From contig BAAIJX010000012.1 in the NCBI GenBank assembly GCA_054600435.1, forward strand, positions 372,001-436,000: 64,000 nucleotides of DNA. Direction: 5' to 3'. Below are positions 57,924 to 64,000 of the stretch, one piece after another. The DNA is from Neophaeotheca triangularis (taxonomy: Eukaryota). Every line of letters begins with the position of its first letter. The stretch's first letter is position 1. The notes beneath the pieces were generated by a model. The model searched no databases. It was given only the letters and a program-made list of their open reading frames with translations, and was not told where the DNA came from. Both the position numbers and the translations under genes were made by a program.

Positions 57924-60341
57924 TCAAGTCCACACCCTAACACTCCCATCACTGCCCGCGCTCACCAACCACGCCTCGGTCGGATGCCAAGCCAAATCCA
58001 ACACCCCCAACTCCTTGACAACCCTGTGTCCCCTCAGCACCTTCAGCGGCACAACGGTAGCATTCTCCAAACCGTCCGCAAGCACTTTGCCGTGAAAAAC
58101 CTGTAGACTACCATCGTCGGCCGCGTCAGCAAAAAGCGGCAGGGTCGGATGAAAGCCCACGGATCTAATGGCTTTGCTGTGGTAGCGTAGAGTCTTGTAT
58201 GGCGTGCTACCCAACTCGAGATCGTGCCAGAGGAGCCGGCGGTCGTAGGATGAGATGAGCAGGTTTGAGCCCTGCGGGTGTAAGCTGATGGCTGAGATCC
58301 AGCGGGCGCCGGGCTGGAGTTCTTTTTCGAGTTTCTGCGCTTGGAGATCGTAGATGCGGACGCGCTGTCGGGTGGCGACGAAGAAGAGGGGCTTGGTTGG
58401 GTGGAAGCAGGCGGTTTGGGCTAGTCCACGGAGGCGTTTGAACGGGTGTTGAGTTTGGTGTTTGCTGAGCGTGTGGATTGCGATTGCCGTGCTAGAGTTT
58501 GCAGAGGATGAGGCGGGCGCGACGGTGCTGAAGTAGTCACCGCGGCGGTGCCAGGTTAAGGTTTTGGGCGCGTGGGTTTGTACGAGGGTTAGGAGGACGC
58601 CCTGGTTTGCGAGGGAGGTTGTTGGGCGTTGCCAGGTTGCTGGTGAGGGTTTATTGGCGCCGGCGGAGGTTTTAAGGGTGTTGGCGTTGGCTGAGTGGCC
58701 GAAGCCGGCGTCGAGGGTTTCGCGGCTGGCGTTCTCGATGGTTGGGGGGAAGAGGTCGGCAGAAGGGATCATGAAGTGGACGTTTTCGCCGCAGCAGACG
58801 GCGAGGATGCCAGTCTCGGTTGTCGGGCGCCAGCTGACGACGTTTATGACATCTTCCTTGGAGAGCTTGGCCATCCACATTTGTTTGCCCTCTTTCAGAC
58901 TCCAGACGCGGACTGTGCCGTCGTCGCCTCCGGATGCGATCAGAGTGCCGGTAGGGTCGATGGCAATGCTTCTCACACGCCCTTCATGCCCTCTCATTAT
59001 AGTTGCATTCGTGCTAGGGAATGGCTTGAGCTCTTCCGGACTGGGTAACTTCGGTAACAAGCTTTCAGGGTCAATGTTGAGCTTGCTCCGCCTGACCCTA
59101 GGTGCAAGGTAAAGATCAAGGCAGCGCTCAAACTTCTCCTTGACAAATTTGGCATAGCCAGGCACTTTTCGCAAAGCACTGTGATCTTCTGGTAGGAAAT
59201 CACGCTCCCTGTCCTCATCGTCCTGCTGTTCCCAGGCTTGCCTCTCTTTCCTATCAGGTAGATACTCTGGCGGTGGGTGGTAACTCTCAGCATAACCCGG
59301 TGGCGGCAGCTTAGGCGCAGGAACATTCATAATGTGATCCGGTCGAGGAACCTCATTCGACCAAACATCGTATGTCGCAAACTCTTGCTCAAACTCTTCA
59401 CGTTCTTTATCCTCCTCGGTAGGCTCCTTGAACGGCTGGATCCTGCCTTCCTTGATGGCCTTGACAATCTTCATCACACGCTTGTTCTCGTGAATCGAGG
59501 GAATGAAGCGGCGCTTCGGCTCAGGTGCGGCGGACAAGGGCATAATCTCCTCTTTTCCTTTTCCGGTGAACCACTCAACCATTTCAGGGTAGGGATCGTA
59601 CCCTTCACCGGGAGCTTCGTTCCGGGTGAGCTTCTTTAGCACTTCAAGCTCCTCCCTGCTGAGCTGGAGTGGCTTGCCAGTTGCTGGATCAGTGAGACCG
59701 GTCCAGCCCTCAGGGACGTCGATGCTGTCGAGAAGAGAGTCCAGTGCTTCACCCTTGGCAGGGCGAGCAATCTTTTTGCCGTTGATGTCATATCCAATAT
59801 GAGGGTACGCATCGTAGTACGACAAGGGAATATTACCAATCGCATTTTGCCCAGCTGGGGCATCCGAGTCGTCCGAGTCGTATACAGGTTCAATGTCTCT
59901 GTAAACGTAGCGTGGGTTGCCATTGGCGTCCTCCTCGACAGTGTAGTTTGGCGCATCGCTATCCGTCTGCTCCAAAGCCTCGACCGGTGTAGTCTTTTTA
60001 ATGTCGTTGATGTCGACGCCCGTATCGCTGCCCATGAGTTTATCCGCGTTGGTCTTGTCCTGCTTGTCCTGCTTGTCCTGGATCTGCTGCCTCACGTCGT
60101 AGTCGTCATCGTCCTCTGAGGATGGGATCTCATCACTGCCTATGTCGCTGCCTATCTCGTCTTCTTCGTCATCTTCAAGCTCCTCCTCTTCTTCGCTGAC
60201 GTCGCTTTCCTGTTCGGATTCCCCTTGGTCTGAAAAGGCGCCGTCCAGTTGATCCCCGTTCAGTTGCTCATCCACGAGATCTTGTTCGGGGCGCGGGACT
60301 TCGACGACCTTGCGCTTCTGTCCAGCTCGTTGCGGTGCCAT
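57924..60341 (-). CDS. ERB1: Ribosome biogenesis protein Erb1/BOP1
   Basis: BOP1NT motifs [33 protein letters not shown] and [12 protein letters not shown], followed by WD40 repeats. ATG at 60341. Confidence 0.97.
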   Translation of the reverse strand: MAPQRAGQKRKVVEVPRPEQDLVDEQLNGDQLDGAFSDQGESEQESDVSEEEEELEDDEEDEIGSDIGSDEIPSSEDDDDYDVRQQIQDKQDKQDKTNADKLMGSDTGVDINDIKKTTPVEALEQTDSDAPNYTVEEDANGNPRYVYRDIEPVYDSDDSDAPAGQNAIGNIPLSYYDAYPHIGYDINGKKIARPAKGEALDSLLDSIDVPEGWTGLTDPATGKPLQLSREELEVLKKLTRNEAPGEGYDPYPEMVEWFTGKGKEEIMPLSAAPEPKRRFIPSIHENKRVMKIVKAIKEGRIQPFKEPTEEDKEREEFEQEFATYDVWSNEVPRPDHIMNVPAPKLPPPGYAESYHPPPEYLPDRKERQAWEQQDDEDRERDFLPEDHSALRKVPGYAKFVKEKFERCLDLYLAPRVRRSKLNIDPESLLPKLPSPEELKPFPSTNATIMRGHEGRVRSIAIDPTGTLIASGGDDGTVRVWSLKEGKQMWMAKLSKEDVINVVSWRPTTETGILAVCCGENVHFMIPSADLFPPTIENASRETLDAGFGHSANANTLKTSAGANKPSPATWQRPTTSLANQGVLLTLVQTHAPKTLTWHRRGDYFSTVAPASSSANSSTAIAIHTLSKHQTQHPFKRLRGLAQTACFHPTKPLFFVATRQRVRIYDLQAQKLEKELQPGARWISAISLHPQGSNLLISSYDRRLLWHDLELGSTPYKTLRYHSKAIRSVGFHPTLPLFADAADDGSLQVFHGKVLADGLENATVVPLKVLRGHRVVKELGVLDLAWHPTEAWLVSAGSDGSVRVWT

Positions 60342-60408
60342 GATTGCTGTATGGGCTGAGATTGTATTTGTCAAGGTTTGGGGTGTGGAAGTTCAGAAGA
60401 GCTCCTAG

Positions 60409-60416
60409 AAATTTTT
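60409..60416. promoter_or_regulatory. RRPE-like element upstream of ERB1
   Basis: AAATTTTT about 70 nt upstream of the ERB1 ATG. Confidence 0.45.
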
Positions 60417-60902
60417 GGGAGCTCGGGAAAGCACGTTCCAGAAATCTTCAGTGCACGGACCTGCATATACTCGCTGCGTAACAGAGCACATCTCTGTTTC
60501 GAAGGGATACTAGGTAGCAATTGATCTTAAGACTAAGAGTAACAGTCCCAGAACGACAGATTGTGGAATACTGTATACGACTTCGCCAGCGCTAATGTTA
60601 TAGGCAGGGATGATTAACCGCCGAGTAAGGTAAATACAACAGCGTGTTTTTGTGATGCATTCCATGCTCCTCCCGTCTCTTGCTTCAGAATACTCTCTCT
60701 GCCTTCACTCCACCGAAAGCATTATCAAGCAACGTCACCAAAGCGTCTCGGATCATAGCCCCTGTAACGTCTACAACCACCTTCCTGCCATCGCGCCCAG
60801 TTCCGCTGGCGAACTCGGACTCGCAGTCAAACCCGCCACCATACTATTCCTAGCCATCCCCGCCGAAGCCGCAGCAAAAGCTGTGGTAACCTCAGGATCC
60901 CT

Positions 60903-63353
60903 CTAAGACCCCGCATAACCTCCACCCTGCTGCTGATGCTGCTGCTGGCCGCCCTGTCCACCCTGTGCCTGGCCTTGCTGCTGTTGCCCCTGCCTCCTTT
61001 CCCCATACCCGGTACTAAGCTGACTCCCCACGCCGTTAGCACCTGGATAATTGCCACCACTACCTCCCTGGCCCTCAGCCGCCAGTCTGCGCTCTCTGTA
61101 CTTGCGCCCGTTGATGATGTTCTGTAACCTCTTTCGCTCTCTCGGTTCTGTGATTTTTGTCCAGTCGAGGTCTTCGCCTGGCTCGGCATAGTTGATGATG
61201 TCGGCCATAGTCGAGGCTGAAATTTGGCCTTGCCCACCGGAGGCAGCAGACGCGCCGGTGTAGAGGTGGGATGAGGGGTTGAAGGAGTCGGGCTGTCCTT
61301 GCGAGCGGGAGGCGAGGGGCGTTTGCCCGCCATTAGCGGTGGGAAAAGCGGCGATGTCGGATTGAAGGTGGGCAATTGGTGGGCGTGGTTGGGAGGCGGC
61401 CTGGTATTGAGACGCGAAAGCTTCTCTGATTGGGAAAGAGGTGTTAGTGTTGGTGCCCGTTGTGCCGAGATTTGGGAAATTAGCTTACCTGCTACCAGCG
61501 TTTTTTTCGCCCTTGAACAGATCCTTGTTCCACGGGGGCAAGCGCTTGTCCCGTTCGTAGAGAAGACCGCAGTTGTTGCAGAGCGTTCGTGGGCCTGCTG
61601 GACCCTTTCTGACTCCCCAGACGGCCTGACCCCATATCTTGCAGTGCGAGCAGTGCCAGTACTGTCGCTCGCCCTCAGTGAGCTGCGCAGATGTACCACC
61701 GAAGCCAGCAACTTCGGGCGTGTCTCTTTCGGGAGATATAGATCTAAATCTGCGCTTCTTCTTCGACCTCTCACCGCGTCCCATGCGCTCATCATCGCCA
61801 CCAGCATGGGGCTGACTCGCTCCAAGTCCGTTCGCAAAAATGTCGTTGAAGCCAGTGCCTTGCGATTGTTGCATATAGCTTGTTGTGAATCGAGCAGTTT
61901 CCCGCCGTTGCCGTCTGATTTGACGTTCGCGATCACCTTCTCGCTTCTCAATCTCCTCCTTGCTGAGAACCTCAATCTTTGGTTCCCAGTCTGCGCCCAG
62001 GCCATCTTCGTCGAACCTCCAGCCGGCGCCAACGCCCAGAGACGGCTCTGCCGTACCGTGGAATTCACAGGCTTCATTCTCTAGCTGTCCCCATCCGTCA
62101 ACCCCACTCCCCACGACGCCAGCCAAGCTTCCGTTGTTGTCTATCATGTCCTTCTTCAGTCGAAGAGAGGCCTCGTAGATTGCGTGAGTCATGCTGGGGA
62201 CCCATTCACCACTCAAGCCGAGATCTGCGCAAGTCTGCTTTGCAAATTGCTCAGGAAAGCCAGGAGGATGTAGTAGAGACCACTCAAACTTGTCCGTGTA
62301 GAGTCTGTTCTGGAGATTGACGCTCAATGTGAGGATGCACCGATGTGAGTCTGGAGGGTTCAGCGCATGCGAGTTATTCGCATCCCGTGGCAGAGGCTCG
62401 GCAGAGACGGCAAAAGCTGGTGCGGAAGTTCCGTTAGGCATGGGTGTTGAAGGGTCTGACGTATGGTGGTGACCGTTCATTTGAGGAGGCTGTAGGAGGG
62501 TAGCGTTGGGTGTTGATGTATCCATAGCGACAGAAGAGTCTTCGCGTGACAAGGGAGGCTGGACCGAAGGTGTAGGCGCATTTGTAGCGGGTGCCGGTGC
62601 GTGAACAGCGCTGGGCTGGAAGAGTGGGTGAAGTGCTGTCGAGGCATGTTCTTCGAGTTGCTGTCTTATTTGCTGCGCAATCTCGTTGATCATCCCTGGT
62701 TTCCTTGACAGGGGAAAGTCCAGCTCATCGACAAGGGTCTTGGCGAACTGATCCGGTGTGATCAGTGCCTCGTGCAAGTTCCACATGAACGAATCCTTGA
62801 GCCTGTATGGGGGCGTAGGGTCTGGCTGCTTGTAAGCGGGCAGGTTCTCGTCGATGCCAAAGTCCTTGGCGTTGCTGGGGGTTGGAAGCGCAGCGTCAGG
62901 CCGAAATGGCGCCACGTCAAGATCGATGCGAATGGGTATGAGGGTAGTGGGCAGCGTGGACTGTACATGCGATTGGCGTTCGGTCAAGGCGCGTTTGGGT
63001 TTCCCCATCCACTCGCGCCATATCCCCTGCACATCCACTGGCGCAAAAACCTCTTTGCCTAGCTCTCGCTGTCCGATCTTGTCGGCGTTGGGGTCGACAT
63101 CTCTTCCTTGTTGTGTGCTACGCAAACCTGTAGGCCGCCTTCGCGCATTGTCCGAGTCCTCTATACTGTCATCGTCAAACTCTTCGGCGTAGTTGATGGC
63201 GGTGGTACCACGTTTCGTCGTTCGCGTAGGAGGGACAACATTCTGCGGCTGGACGGGCGTAAGGAGGGAGTTGCCAAAAGTTCGTATGCGCGGTGCATAG
63301 CTCGAGACAAAAGCTTGCGGCGCGTTGACGCGGTTGACGTTGACGACTGTCAT
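60903..63353 (-). CDS. SFH1: RSC subunit Sfh1 (SNF5 domain) with GATA zinc finger and a spliced C-terminal bZIP-like basic region
   Basis: QAFVSSYAPR, RTTKRGTTAINYAE and SNF5 repeats (IPIRIDL, DSFMWNL, DKFEWSL), then CSHC-x17-CNNC. Intron 61426-61488 joins in frame to the 60903-61208 ORF. Confidence 0.9.
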
Positions 63354-63723
63354 GTCGTCGTTGCTGTTTGGCGGGGTCAATTGTTGCCCTTCACCTTCGA
63401 GGTGCTGTAGTAAGTAGGCTTTCACCTGCGCGACTTCACAAAGAGCCGGCTGGGGAAAGTTGTTGAAGCAGAGGAACGCTGCCGGTGCCGGTGTCGTCGC
63501 GTGAAAACAATATGGGTATCATTCGAATCGCACTGGAGCGGCGAAGGCGACTAGGACTGTTTACTGCACTGCGCGTGCGTGTCGCCGCGGGTGAAGCTGG
63601 CTCGAAGCAAGGAGGGAGGGATGGCCCGGGGTTTGCTGAACTGAACTTTCCAAACCCTCACGCGTTCAACAAGGCGCCCACAACGAACGTGTAGTCGGGT
63701 CGGACAAGCTTGCGGCAAGGGTC

Positions 63724-63735
63724 AACCCTAACCCT
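63724..63735 (+). promoter_or_regulatory. Interstitial telomere-like motif AACCCTAACCCT (telobox/Tbf1-type site) in the region upstream of SFH1
   Basis: Two consecutive telomeric units read directly; function is inferred. Confidence 0.4.
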
Positions 63736-64000
63736 GGTTACGGGCAACGCATCCCGCCCCGCCTCGCCTCGTGCCCGACTTCACTCGCCCTTCCCTTCAC
63801 TTCACCCGTTGCTTCTGCCTGCCTGAGGCGCCCTTCACTTACTGCTGAGCCATCTTAGTCTGGTTGATAAGGAAGCCATAAACCGCATCACCAGCCTCTG
63901 TCGCGCATATGAACACTTATGGCCGGAAGGCATCCAACGGTTGGCGCGTATCTGTTTCAGCTTCAAACCCGGTCTGCAGCCAGCGACATCTCCGTGGCCA

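Noticed and set aside
60903..61208. Stand-alone 101-aa bZIP-like gene
   Set aside because: It is better explained as the last exon of SFH1 via the in-frame intron 61426-61488.
60827..62084. Long alternative-frame and antisense ORFs over SFH1, and similar shadows over other genes
   Set aside because: Expected shadows of GC-rich coding sequence, with no independent protein signal.
19053..63353. Functional clustering of two RSC genes (NPL6, SFH1) and two Ribi genes
   Set aside because: They are separated by many unrelated housekeeping genes, which is compatible with chance.
63724..63735. AACCCTAACCCT as an alternative telomerase RNA template
   Set aside because: It lies upstream of SFH1 only 265 nt from the window end. 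No supporting pseudoknot or enclosing helices are visible, and a telobox/Tbf1-type site is simpler. It cannot be fully excluded without downstream sequence.

Overview
A gene-dense 64 kb segment of a filamentous ascomycete genome. Short GT-AG introns with CTAAC/CTGAC branch points and the gene content suggest a Dothideomycete, but the taxon is an inference. About 21 protein genes can be supported: two MFS transporters, a tocopherol-cyclase-like protein, a secretory-pathway ureohydrolase, an M28 aminopeptidase, PI-PLC, a DEDDy exonuclease, NPL6/RSC7, a Zn2Cys6 factor, an Spg5-like protein, a giant multi-PAM2 coiled-coil protein, GCV1, VMA5, a PITH protein, VPS20, RIX7, a DHX35-like helicase, TSC10, a Zap1/ZafA-like C2H2 factor, an SVIP-like protein, ERB1 and SFH1. 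There is also one tRNA-Ile(AAU) and a degenerate 5S rRNA copy. The main hidden feature is a ~1.2 kb non-coding, extensively base-paired region between the convergent VMA5 and PITH genes. By manual folding it has the architecture of a fungal telomerase RNA: a CCCUAACC template, core-enclosing helices, a pseudoknot with a hairpin inserted in loop 1, and a long terminal arm. Other points of note: SFH1 splices to a downstream bZIP-type basic region, the large coiled-coil protein resembles Upa2 in motif layout, and two introns use GC donors. All calls come from reading the sequence; no searches or folding programs were run.
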